A stretch of DNA of 63,668 nt from Octopus bimaculoides. Lineage: Eukaryota. Location of the stretch: contig NC_068983.1 in assembly GCF_001194135.2 (NCBI RefSeq), forward strand, positions 66,131,881 to 66,195,548. The letters are read 5' to 3'. Positions 52,333 through 63,668 of the stretch are shown one piece after another (the stretch's first letter is position 1; the number at the start of each line of letters is the position of its first letter). The notes under the pieces are model-generated. The model was not told where the DNA came from and made no database searches. It saw only the letters and a list, made by a program, of their open reading frames with translations. A program made the translations under genes and the position numbers.

Positions 52333-52949
52333 CATTTTTATGGGTGAGTACAGAAAGTTTGAAAAACTTAACAACGATATATAGCTGTCAATTATGAGGA
52401 ATTTACCAGAATATAATTCCCCTCAGTGAACTTACTAGATACCATTTGTGAGTGCTGGGCAACCCAAACAGTGGCAATGTGGAATAAAATGTTCTATTCC
52501 AGGATATAATGAAACACTTTCAACAGATTCAAACTCTTGATCTATAAACAGGAAGTTTAGCCAAGACATCTTATTTGAAATATTAAAAATTACTCTAGCA
52601 TTGTAAGCATAACATCCCAATATTAGCCATGTTCACTGAAAAAAGTGTATTGTTTTTATTATGTGTTAACAGTGTATGGTAGACAAAACAAATGAGTGTT
52701 TGATCAAAATTTACATATTTATTTATTAAAAGTAAATGTGCAGCCATGTGATATATACCTAACTTGTAGTTACATATATCTATGAGTTAATTTCTCTTCA
52801 GTGGTTCAAGATGAGATTAAGTTTTGTAATAAAGTAGGCTTGTGTTAACCTGAGTTCCATAAAAATTGCAATATGTCACCAAAATTCTTACTGCGTACCA
52901 AAATTATTGCTTTGAATTTCATTCAGGATTTTACCAATGAAGACATTCA

Positions 52950-53016
<67 letters not shown>

Positions 53017-54249
53017 CATTCTGTCTACTAATTTGTTCTCTTTAAGATTGAAGTTTAAAAAACATGTTAAGAAAAATATTCTTAGATACAAGTTCAGCTT
53101 GATGTGCAATAAAATCCTGTCTTCTTCTATGTAATATTAAGTTACAGTAATATATAATTATTTTCCTATAGCTGAGAAGAATATTAAAAAAAAAAAACGT
53201 AAATTAAAGATAATAAATATGGGAATAAAATGTGCAGTATTTGAAAGTTTTATAAAATGTTCTGAGAAAAAGTAACCTGATTTTATAAAAAAGTTTCTTT
53301 CTGCATCTACCAGCATCAACTAACTTCAGAGATCATACTGTTGTTTTTTCTTTATGCTCAGTAAAAAGATTTAAAGAATAAATATTTAAATAAATTACTG
53401 AGGATTTCAATCAATTTATTTTAGCAATGACTTTTTGGTTGTTCTTTTTCTTCTTGCTTTCATCCTGACTTTGGTGACAGGGAATTTCCAAACAATATAC
53501 ATGCAGAAGATATCAGTATATTAGTACTACAACTATAACAGCTATGTGATAAAATTAATAGTCATAATAATTATTTCTAACTAGGCACAAGGCAAGTAAC
53601 TTTGAGAGGAATGGGTTAATTGATACCATCAATTCTAAGTACTTGACTACTACTTTATTTTGTTAGCTCAAAAAAAGATGAAAGATAAGTTGACCCATGT
53701 GTGATTAGAACCTGCAAAACAGGTCTTCCAAAGTTTTAATGATTCTGCCAATCCAACCACTCAGTAAATTAATGGAAACATACACCAGTATAAATAAAGG
53801 GTACAGCAGAAAAAAAATATTTAGCTATTATTAGATTCTTTTGAATTTGAAAGGCAAACAATAATGAAAAATGTGAAAAATAATCTTTAAAATTTTCGAT
53901 AGTTTTTTTTTTTTTGCTGCTTCTAATCAAGCAGTAAAATGAATAAAATAAACTTTAGTATTCTTTATCAAAGAATCTAGAGAGAGGAAAGGGAAGAGAG
54001 CATCAGTTAATGTTAAACGGGAATAATTGTTACTTTGCCAAGAGAAGTAGCTGTATTTGAAGTGTAGGTTAAATGTACAGCTATAAAGGAGACAAGTGTT
54101 CTGAAGTGAGAAAGTAAGGTGGAGGTGGGGGCTAAAAACAGTAATTTCCTGTTGTTCTGTGTTAATATGTCAATCAGAACAATATCATTCTATGCCCAGA
54201 GAATGAAAAGAATTTCAGAAGGCCTGAACAAGGTTGGTATGAAGTTGTT

Positions 54250-54650
54250 GTTGTTGTTTGGCCCCAAGTAGAATTTGATCAGCAGTGAAGATTTTGTAGG
54301 TCCAACTGACTATATGTACTGTGAGGCACCCCTGTAATATTTTCAATAACTTTTCAAGTAGTCTGCTGTATGCTGAAATATATCTTGGTCATGAAGAGAA
54401 GATGCAGTCCTAGCTATGCTAAGAATGTGATTATACCAGGAGAGGTCATCAGTGATAGTGGGGCCAACCATTTTTAGTGTAAGAGTTCTAACTGAATGTC
54501 ACACATGTTTGAGAGCATGAGGTGTAGTGGTGTTTTCTTGATGTCATTAAGGCTTGAGTTCTTTTGCCATTAAATGAAGTTCTCATGAATATACTGAAGG
54601 GTGTTTCTGAGGTATTTGCTTATAGAATCATACAAGTTTGGCATATGATG
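54250..54650 (-). mobile_element. Degraded CR1/L2-like LINE fragment
   Basis: TSFNGKRTQ and LKMVGPTITDDLSWYNHILSIARTAS. Same motif order as 20000-20470. Confidence 0.6.
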
Positions 54651-54866
54651 TACATGATCAAGAAAAGGTAGAAAGGAATGAAAGATCATGGCATGTGCAT
54701 ATTAGTGATATCATAAACCAAATTCCAGCCATAAAGTGACAACAAAACTGAAAGAAAATAAACGTGGTTCTCCAGAATAACATCAGTCCTACAACTCAAA
54801 CCCTCAAAAAAAAAAAAAGAATAATATTCTATTACTACAATCCTGGGACTCAAATTCTGACAAACA

Positions 54867-54897
<31 letters not shown>

Positions 54898-55501
54898 CAC
54901 ATGTGTGTGTGTGTGTGTGTGTGCACATGTGTGTGTGTGTGTGTGTGCACGTGTGTGTGTATGTGCACGTGTGTGTGTGTGTGTGCACGTGTGTGTGTGT
55001 ACATTTAAGTCACAATATATGGATTCAAGTATTCTGGAAGTACTCATAAAAAAAGTTCCTTAATGTATCATTCTATAAAACATGTTGAAGATATAGTATA
55101 ATACAAGAGAAAACCATAAGGAATGCATAAAGTTATAAATGATGAGTGAAATATTTTGACAAATTTTATCTAACCATTGGAAAATTTCTGTATCACAACA
55201 AATTGTTTTGTAACTTAAAGCGTGTAAAGATGATTTATTTTATTATATTTAATAATAAATACATTACTTAGATGTCTACATTAATACGAATAATCCTTTA
55301 AAGCAATGCAGAAATTAAGCTACATCCTCAGGTGAAAGAAAAATCTTTGTTCAATACTAAATTTTTGCCATAACATTTCAAGAATACAAAGTCAGTATTT
55401 AAATAGAACATTAAAAGTTACAAAATAATTTGTTGAGATATAGAAATTTTCCAGTGGTTAAATAAATTTCATCATACTATTTCTCTCATCATTTTTAACT
55501 T

Positions 55502-55538
<37 letters not shown>

Positions 55539-55599
55539 CCTGTCTTGTTTTTTGTCTGCCACTACATTCCTCCATGGCAAGGTTTAATTTGTGTATACA

Positions 55600-55790
55600 A
55601 ATTTAATTTGCGGTCCATGGGAAGAGCCGTTTTAACGATGCGTCCTACCCAGCTCTTCGAAACGCCGGTGTTAAAATGGGGGTAGCTGATGAAGGAGAAT
55701 GTTTTCTATGTGGCTTGTGTGTTTTTTCATCTACGTTTTGTTTGCAATGTCCTGTACCCAGATATGCACCTATACATACAGGTGGATGTC
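55600..55790 (+). mobile_element. Probable Penelope-like terminal segment containing hammerhead core words
   Basis: CpG-rich island with GUC (55642-55644), GAAAC (55659-55663) and CUGAUGA (55686-55692), plus complementary flanks. Confidence 0.45.
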
Positions 55791-55863
55791 GGTATGCACA
55801 TACCTGTACGTATATATGCATATACTCATTTACTATTTGTTTTTATATATATATATATATATA

Positions 55864-56104
55864 CATTAATCAAAGTGTACAGTATTATATATCAGCCGAT
55901 CTTACCTTTCAGTATCACACTAGTAGTTCAAAGAAGTGTTAGGTAACAGTCTGATTATATAACCCTGCACTTCTCAGAGATGGCAGTTATGGAATGAAAT
56001 ATGGTGCACAGGGTTATATAATTGGACTGTTACCTAACACTCCATTGAACCTTTAGTGTAAGATCAGCCAAACAGAGGTATAATACTATATACTTTGATT
56101 AATA
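55864..56104. mobile_element. Fold-back (whole-length hairpin) MITE-like element flanked by TA
   Basis: Arm pairs: cattaatcaaagtgtacagtattata with tataatactatatactttgattaata; gatcttac with gtaagatc; agtgttaggtaacagtc with gactgttacctaacact; attatataaccctg with cagggttatataat. Confidence 0.75.
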
Positions 56105-56481
56105 TACCCACTCTACTGACAAATATATGAGTTCATTTTTTCTTATTTACACCAATAAGAATAATAAATACAGTGCATATGTTTATTATTATTGATGTAA
56201 TGACCCTCCTAAGAATACAAGATTTGTTTTAATGCACAAATTTACACCAAGAATCTTGGAAACCAGGTGCAAGTATGAAATATGTCATCATCATTTTAAT
56301 GTACATTTTCCCATGTGTACATGTGTCGGCCAGATTTTTACATTATTTCAAGTAATGTAAATTTTCACCATACTTCGATGTTTTCCATGGAATATTAGAA
56401 ATGGAAGACATTGCTTAAGTTAAAATGATGCTCATCTACAACTATAACTCAATGTTAAGACAAGGAAACATACACACACAA

Positions 56482-56536
<55 letters not shown>

Positions 56537-56989
56537 NNNNNNNNNNNNNNNNNNNNNNNNNNNNNNNNNNNNNNNNNNNNNNNNNNNNNNNNNNNNNNNN
56601 NNNNNNNNNNNNNNNNNNNNNNNNNNNNNNNNNNNNNNNNNNNNNNNNNNNNNNNNNNNNNNNNNNNNNNNNNNNNNNNNNNNNNNNNNNNNNNNNNNNN
56701 NNNNNNNNNNNNNNNNNNNNNNNNNNNNNNNNNNNNNNNNNNNNNNNNNNNNNNNNNNNNNNNNNNNNNNNNNNNNNNNNNNNNNNNNNNNNNNNNNNNN
56801 NNNNNNNNNNNNNNNNNNNNNNNNNNNNNNNNNNNNNNNNNNNNNNNNNNNNNNNNNNNNNNNNNNNNNNNNNNNNNNNNNNNNNNNNNNNNNNNNNNNN
56901 NNNNNNNNNNNNNNNNNNNNNNNNNNNNNNNNNNNNNNNNNNNNNNNNNNNNNNNNNNNNNNNNNTATATATATATATACATACACAAT

Positions 56990-57140
56990 GGGCTCCTTTC
57001 AGTTTCCATATACAAAATCTGCTGATAAGGCTTCGGTCTGCCCAAAACTATAGGAATAGATGTTTGCCCAAGGTGTCATGTAGTAAAACTGAACCTGAAA
57101 CCATGTGGTCTGGAAGTGAATTTCTTAATTCTACAGGTAT
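56990..57140 (-). mobile_element. tRNA-derived SINE 5' half, degraded
   Basis: Colinear with the reverse complement of 42560-42715. Confidence 0.65.
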
Positions 57141-59001
57141 GCTTTTGTCGCATTGTGTGTGTGTGTGTGTGTGTGTGTGTTTGTGTGTGTGTTTTCTATA
57201 GCTTCTGATGGTCCTCTCCTTAAACAAATTACAACTTTATTAAATCCACAAGACTTTCACTCCATTAAATAATTTACAAGAAAAACTTCAAACAAAAGAA
57301 ATCCCCCTCCCCAAAACATCGCTTTTCTTTCTGGCTGTTTGCTTCAACCAAATTATTAATACAGAAAACGTCATGAACAGAATATTTAAAACTATCTTGA
57401 AAAGAATATTAAATAAAAGTAAAATGGTGGCTAAAATTGGAATCTATACCACACTTTATATACTTTTGGCTCAGAACAAGAAGATTCCTTGCCAACTAGA
57501 CCAATAACCAAACAATGTTCTTATTGATAAAACAGTCTTATTCTTCAGTACTGGATACTACAAAATATTAACACCCTAACATGTGATTCTTAATGTTTTT
57601 AATTAGATAAAAATTATTTTTTTAAAATCTTGTAATAGATTCACAAAATTTAAACTTAAATACAGGGTAAAATGAAATTTTCTGAAATTTTTGACGTAAT
57701 AATAATTAACACATATTCTTTCACTTTCTTCAGTTAATTTTCATTCGTCTTAATTTAATATTGACTTCAATTTTATACTTTTGTGCATTTGTGTGTATAT
57801 ATATGTGTGTGTGTGTGTGCATTTATGTATACATATATTCATATATATTTGTGTGTATGTGTGTGTAAGGAGAGTGAGAGAGAGAGATAGAAAGGTAGAT
57901 AAACACAGTGAAGCTTGAAACATATTTTAAAAGAGCACAAAATACAGATCGTAAAATAAAGAAAAAATTACGTAATGTCTTATCCTGACAGCTGTTTCAA
58001 GATAGCCATAATTTACATAATAACTATATTCATACATATTATTTTGTTTGCTGCTTGAATAGAATGGTAAATGCTACTCATACTCATGAAAAGGGAAGCC
58101 TAACTTACTTTAACAACTTCATGTGAACTTGTTGCTGGTTCCACACCATTGAAATTATGCATATTTATGAATAGGGTTATTGCATAAGTTATGGTCATTT
58201 TTGAAACAGCTGTCAAGATAAGACATTAGATAATTCTTTTCCTTTATTTTATAATCTATGTTTTGTGCTCCATTTAAATATATGCCTCAAACCAAACTGT
58301 GTTTATCTAGCTTACTACCTCCAAATCAGATCAATTAGGAAAGTTCTTGTAACTGCTTTTGATGCTGTGGTGCTGGCCTTTGATAAAGTAGTTGGAGTTT
58401 TAAGTTCACTTCATTTGAGCACTACTGTATATTAGCTATACAGACCTTATTTTGCTCTTACCCTTTTTCTCTTTGTTTCTTTCTCGCGCTTTTAATGTGC
58501 GTGTATATATANNNNNNNNNNNNNNNNNNNNNNNNNNNNNNNNNNNNNNNNNNNNNNNNNNNNNNNNNNNNNNNNNNNNNNNNNNNNNNNNNNNNNNNNN
58601 NNNNNNNNNNNNNNNNNNNNNNNNNNNNNNNNNNNNNNNNNNNNNNNNNNNNNNNNNNNNNNNNNNNNNNNNNNNNNNNNNNNNNNNNNNNNNNNNNNNN
58701 NNNNNNNNNNNNNNNNNNNNNNNNNNNNNNNNNNNNNNNNNNNNNNNNNNNNNNNNNNNNNNNNNNNNNNNNNNNNNNNNNNNNNNNNNNNNNNNNNNNN
58801 NNNNNNNNNNNNNNNNNNNNNNNNNNNNNNNNNNNNNNNNNNNNNNNNNNNNNNNNNNNNNNNNNNNNNNNNNNNNNNNNNNNNNNNNNNNNNNNNNNNN
58901 NNNNNNNNNNNNNNNNNNNNNNTATATATATATATATATATATATTTACACATATAACTGATAATAAGGAGAACGAAGAATTTGAACATTCAAACTTTAT
59001 G

Positions 59002-59420
59002 TTTATTTCCAGTTAGCTTATTCATAATAATAGACCAACACATGTTTCGATGGCACTAGTTGCATATTGTTGTATATTTATATGCAACAATTTATGCATC
59101 ATTAGTATGATCTCTTCAGGGTATATAAGTACAACATTGTTTAAAGAGGAATTTTTCTCCATTATTAGTTTTGAATTAGGCTTGATAGTATGTAAACTAT
59201 GACCTTTCATCCATAAGTTGTTTTTCTCAACTGATTGTTTGGGTAAAATTCAGCAATAGCAGCAGCAGTGTTTGTTGAAGTTGGCAAATTTTCTTGGTCA
59301 GTCAGGGAGTGGTTATTTATAGAATACTTTTCTTTTGAACTGATTCAACATACTTTATTGTCACTGTGGTTTTTTGATGGATTTCAAAATTGATTATATT
59401 CTTTGAATTTTTGTGAAGGT
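59002..59420 (-). mobile_element. Penelope-like element 3' end: GIY-YIG tail remnant, hammerhead, AATAAA
   Basis: NKVC*ISSKEKYSI (about 59330-59375) resembles the PLE KxCxLCxxEKxxI motif. The hammerhead at 59128-59028 follows, then AATAAA at 59007-59002. Confidence 0.55.
59028..59128 (-). ncRNA. Type I hammerhead ribozyme, PLE minimal type, intact core
   Basis: UUAUAUACC CUGAAGA GAU-[58 nt]-AUC GAAA C AUGU GUU|GGUCUAUUA. Stem I pairs 7 of 9, G10.1-C11.1 is canonical, all core nucleotides are present, and ACAUGU in stem III is palindromic. Confidence 0.72.
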
Positions 59421-60059
59421 TATTAATGGTAGTTGTGGATAATTACAAGGCAGTCAGAACCATGGTTGGTAAAAGAAATAGTTAGTAGTAATTTTTGTGT
59501 ACACACACACACGTATATATTGTGTAAATAGTTAGGGTAAACTCAAGCCATTTCCTCTTGAAACAAGTATGTTTACTTCATTATTACAATCCAATATGTA
59601 GTCTCAGTTGCTACTCTACGTTATTTCAAAGTACATATTAAAATTGAGTATTATGGAAATATTATTTGAAGAGTTATTGTATAACAAAACAAGAAATTGA
59701 GAATTTTGGTATATTATTTAGTCACCATTACACGTGTTTCATTTCCTAATAGGAATTACAAAGTTTTACATGTTAGATAGAAATTTTTTATTAGAAATTA
59801 GACAGATATTAAATTATATTATTCCCAGTAAAATTAGAACATATAGCACTCCGTATAGTTTCACTCACCTGAGCAGCATGTTAGCATTTTCCCCACAATT
59901 ACCACACTCCGTCAATACAAAAGACACAAAATCCAGACATTCTCTTTCACACACACACACACACACACACTCTCTCTCTCTCTCTCTCTCCCACTCACAT
60001 ACACACACACACACACACACACATCTATTTGTATGTATATATTTGAATACATATATGTA

Positions 60060-60250
60060 CCATCATCATTTAACATCTGTGTTCCATGTTGGCATGAGTT
60101 GGATAGTTTGACATGATACAGTGGGTCTGAAGACTGCATCAAGCTCCAATGTCTGCTTTGGCATGGTTTCTACACTTGGATGCCCTTTCTAATGCATTTA
60201 TAGTGTGTACTGCATGCGTTTTTTCATGGCATCAACATTTGTATAGTTAC
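60060..60250 (-). mobile_element. RTE-type 3' UTR and tail, diverged
   Basis: catcatcatttaacatctgtgttccatgttggcatgagttgga...tggatgccctttctaatgc is homologous to 279-420. Confidence 0.7.
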
Positions 60251-60569
60251 CACACAGCTTGCAAGACTAAGATTCTGTTCAAATCCCCAGTTGACTCCCC
60301 AGAGATAACTGGTACCTTCTGTTTCCTTGGTCACCACAGTAGCAGTGAGGGTCAGTGTTCTAAAAGTATAAAAGCTAAAGCTAAAATGGGTTGTAGAAAG
60401 GTTCAGAGAGAAAATATTTCTCCTTCAGAAAGGCTTGTGATGTTTTGCTAGTGTAAGAAATATGATGCATTATTGCCATAGTCCTTGATTGCAGAGAATT
60501 TGGGAAACTCAAAAGAAATGAAATGATTATACATCATTAGAGATATAGTTTTAGTGTTCATGAACACTA

Positions 60570-61252
60570 AGTACAAATAGCTGAGAGGAAACCCCCATAT
60601 AAGTAGAGTCAGATGCAATGTGCAATCGAGAATCTGTGTTTGTACAGACAAGCGGTTTGTAAGGAGATTAACAGCAGTATAGAAAAAAGTTCAGAATCAA
60701 AATGAATGGAATCCGTGGAAGAGAGAGATCAAGGAAGACCTGTGATGAAGATTTCCAATTTATACTTTCACTTTTTTTAAAATCTCATCTTAGTTCATCT
60801 TCTGCTATCATTTTCTCTGTTACCTGTTCTCCTGGTTACATTACCCTGAACCAACAAAGACAACATAGAACAGTGAAAACTTATTTGTCGTGTAATGCCG
60901 GTGTCATGATAAAATGTACTCAGTAAAGTTTAAAATGGTCGGTAGATGAACAGAAACAATGTAGTACCAAATGAATCTTTTCATTTTGTCTTGACAACAA
61001 CACGACTACTTTTCTAGCACTGGTGCAACAATACAGTGCACTCAGTATACACTTTGTAAAGTAGATGGTGTGAGGTAAGGCATCAAGAGTTAGAAACCAT
61101 GCCAAGAAAACAATATATGTGGGAGACGTGGTCCCTTAGTTTATCTAGGAGTATAGAAACTCTAAATAAGAAGTAACTCGGATTCTGGTGACTGTTCAAC
61201 CCATGACTATATGGAAAGTATGTGCAAAAATGATGATGATGATGGTGATGAT
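60570..61252 (+). mobile_element. Degraded RTE C-terminus, 3' UTR and (GAT)n tail
   Basis: SRVRCNVQSR and NGIRGRERSRKTCDE (compare GRGRPRKTW), ending caacccatgactatatggaaag...atgatgatg. Confidence 0.55.
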
Positions 61253-61872
61253 AGCATATACACACATGCATTCATACACTCATATGTATTTAATGCCTAC
61301 ATATAAGCATAAATACGTTTACACATAGATCATTTATATATAAAGAGAAGACAAGAAAGATGGGTTGTGAAACATCACTTCTTCATATGTTTTCACTCAT
61401 GTAAACATCAAAGTTAATAGATGAAATTGATTGTAAAAACAAGGAAACTTTATCAGTTCATAACAAAAGTGAAAAGGTCAACAAATTTGGATGATACCCA
61501 ATATTTTTAGTCCTTTCCTTTCTTCCAATTTCTCTTCAGAGACCTCTACTCTATACCATTCCTAGATATTTGATGAAAATAATAATAAATATAAGAGTAA
61601 AAATAAAAATTAAATTCATTTCTCACACATGACAGACATTTCAACTCTTCTAATTTTAGCAGATAAGGTAATAAATAATGGTCAGTGAAAAATAATTTCA
61701 CAGATGTTCAATTTAGTGAAAAATTGACACTATTTGATGGAGCTTTTTATTTTTTTTATCTTTGAGACAAATGAAAATATAATACTATAGAAATGTAACC
61801 GTTCAATAAAAGAATTTGAAGTAAACCAAAGCACACTATATTTCAGTATCATCTTCAAAACCATCATCATAG

Positions 61873-61911
<39 letters not shown>

Positions 61912-62110
61912 CAATCATCATCATCATCATTTTCATGTCCACACTTCCATGTTAGCTTGGGTTACATGGGATTTTTGGAGTAGTATTTTAAGGCCAGCAG
62001 ATACTCTTCTCTGCCTATTCTTTTAGTTGCCTTTTACAGCAAGCTGGGATATGGTGTACCTATTCTAAAAGTAGGGATACACAGTACACAGAGGATATAT
62101 GTACATATAT

Positions 62111-62198
<88 letters not shown>

Positions 62199-62287
62199 TG
62201 AATGAACAAAAAGAAAGAAAAAACATGAGGGATAATTTTCGCCAAGGTGCTAATAGGTTCACACTTCAAAATAAAAAGGAAAAGAGT

Positions 62288-62324
62288 CTTTAACATTTCA
62301 GATATGGCATCCTTCATCAGAAGT
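62288..62324 (-). ncRNA. Decayed minimal hammerhead-like motif
   Basis: ACUU CUGAUGA A GGAU-GCCAU-AUCU GAAA U GUU AAAG, same layout as 44862-44897. Confidence 0.4.
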
Positions 62325-62419
62325 AAGTATGTTAAAGAGAAGGTTGTGGAAAGGAGACACATCATTTTCTTTGACTCCAGGCAGTGACCTTAATAATAAC
62401 GATAACAACATTAAAAAAA

Positions 62420-62570
62420 AAAAACCTTAGGAATGAGAACCCAGGTTCAAAATTTCCCCAAGACATCTGATGAAGGCCAGAGGGTATATCAGCCGAAACA
62501 TTGTGTTAACAACAAACAAGATGAGGACAAATATCCGTCAAATATAAATAATGTAAATAATGTATGAAAG
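62420..62570 (+). mobile_element. Penelope-like terminal repeat with a hammerhead-like motif at 62462-62507
   Basis: GACAU CUGAUGA A GGC-[14 nt]-GCC GAAA C AUU GUGUU. Stem I GACAU/GUGUU pairs over 5 bp including two G-U pairs. Confidence 0.55.
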
Positions 62571-62574
62571 AATT

Positions 62575-62835
62575 CCTCTCAATGCATGGCTATGATGCCC
62601 CACCACTACTTCTGCTCATGATCAGAGATACACATATCATCAGCCACCCAGGAACATGCTCAGCTGGTTAAGGTCAAGCAACTGACAAGCAACTGACAAG
62701 CAAATCTGTGGTATTGAGCATAATATTTGCTGTAGCCCATCTTTTATACCAGGACAAAACACGTACTTGATAACACTTCTAATCAGTTATGATCAAAAGC
62801 TATAAGAGTTACTGTCTGGTACTGCATCAGGGCAT
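62575..62835 (-). mobile_element. Interspersed repeat, probably SINE body, with an internal 11-bp tandem duplication
   Basis: GC-richer block of SINE-like character containing caactgacaag twice. Family not established from this window alone. Confidence 0.4.
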
Positions 62836-62885
62836 TTATTATTATAATTGTTATTATGATTATTATTATCATTATTATCATTATT

Positions 62886-63030
62886 AAGAAGGTGGTGAGC
62901 TGACAGAATTGTTAGCATGTCAGGTGAAATACTAAGCAGTATTTCGTCTGCCACTATGTTCTGAGTTCAAATTCCACTGAGGCTGACTTTGCCTTTCATC
63001 CTTTCGGGGTCGATATAATTAAGTACCCAC
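62886..63030 (+). mobile_element. tRNA-derived SINE with a Meta-domain-like core
   Basis: B-box-like gagttcaaattcc, then gactttgcctttcatcctttcggggtcgat..aagtacc. Flanked by (TTA)n. Confidence 0.7.
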
Positions 63031-63080
63031 TTCCCAGAAAATCCAGGCTTTGTGCCGATAGTAGAAAGGATTATTATTAC

Positions 63081-63114
<34 letters not shown>

Positions 63115-63116
<2 letters not shown>

Positions 63117-63290
63117 GGTAGCAAGCTGACAGAATTCTTAGTACAGCAGCATTTCTTCTGGCTTTATGATCAGAGTTCAAATTCCACCAAGGTCAAGTTT
63201 GTCATTCATCCTTTTGCAGTCAATAAAATAAAGTACCAATCAAGTACTGAGATTAATGTTAAAAGTTACTCACCCCACTCATAATTACTG
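63115..63290 (+). mobile_element. Second copy of the same SINE family
   Basis: aaggtagcaagctgacagaatt...gagttcaaattccaccaaggtcaagtttgtcattcatcctttt is colinear with 62886-63030. Confidence 0.7.
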
Positions 63291-63322
63291 GCCTAATACC
63301 TAAATAAGAAATCATTATTATG

Positions 63323-63372
<50 letters not shown>

Positions 63373-63373
<1 letters not shown>

Positions 63374-63668
63374 TTATGTTTGACTTTTGTTTGCATTTGT
63401 ACAAGTTGGATCCAAGTCTCACCCAGAGACCTCAAGAGACAACAAGTTAGAAGTTCATGTAGGTGTTATGCCTAGGGTACCATATATTTGGATTTGTACA
63501 GTTTTGTTCTAGTGAATGTTTAAGAAACCATGAGAAAATTATGTGTTTGTTTTAAAATTTGAGATCACATAGACAGTATTTTACGTAGGATATGGGCAGT
63601 TCCCATGAGCACTATCTTTTGAACTTCAGCCATTTTGGGGTTTCCTGGTATCTGAGCTAGGTAGTAAT
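63373..63668 (-). mobile_element. R4/Dong-like LINE 3' end ending in a (TAA)n array; continues beyond the window
   Basis: LAQIPGNPKMAEVQKIVLMGTAHILRKILSM* (stop at 63565-63567) matches the R4/Dong QKxxLxGTAHILR C-terminus. About 190 bp of UTR, then (TAA)n at 63310-63372. Confidence 0.8.

Noticed and set aside
58100-58420. Possible second GIY-YIG remnant on the minus strand (YFIKGQ...SYKN, NIDYKIK)
   Set aside because: Similarity is too fragmentary to call without an HMM search.
796-59016. Long ORFs containing X runs (for example 6595-7668, 11868-12599, 41178-41923, 56425-57201, 58452-59016)
   Set aside because: They are open only because they cross N-gaps and flanking microsatellites.
59862-59915. 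Minus-strand donor CAG|GTGAGT with frame ECGNCGENANMLL
   Set aside because: The only nearby acceptor is weak (ggag), and the upstream sequence is microsatellite.
1-63668. CRISPR array, operon or prokaryotic defence system
   Set aside because: No regularly spaced repeat-spacer array and no dense coding. The content is eukaryotic repeat DNA throughout.

Overview
AT-rich, repeat-dominated eukaryotic genomic DNA, probably intronic or intergenic. The SINE/LINE repertoire and microsatellite load suggest an octopod cephalopod, a short-read Octopus-type assembly (inference). There are nine N-gaps (906-1122, 6880-7556, 11948-12535, 41326-41807, 43511-43584, 49088-49138, 52285-52294, 56537-56965, 58512-58922), most flanked by microsatellite. 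I found no intact protein-coding gene, rRNA, true tRNA or CRISPR array. Recognisable content: five decayed mariner segments from three families, a Tigger/pogo transposase remnant, RTE, CR1-like and R4/Dong-like LINE fragments, many tRNA-derived SINEs, two Helentron-associated-like elements and Penelope-like (PLE) remnants. The most interesting signals are absent from the ORF track. (1) Six PLE-type hammerhead-ribozyme motifs, including one with a fully intact catalytic core at 59028-59128 (minus) and one at 55640-55698 whose core strands occur in a non-canonical order. (2) An intronless, decayed TUT4/TUT7 terminal-uridylyltransferase pseudogene at about 38880-39800 (minus). (3) A Naiad-like PLE split by a nested mariner. 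(4) A candidate 12-nt microexon and several fold-back structures. All alignments and folds were done by eye, so element boundaries are approximate.
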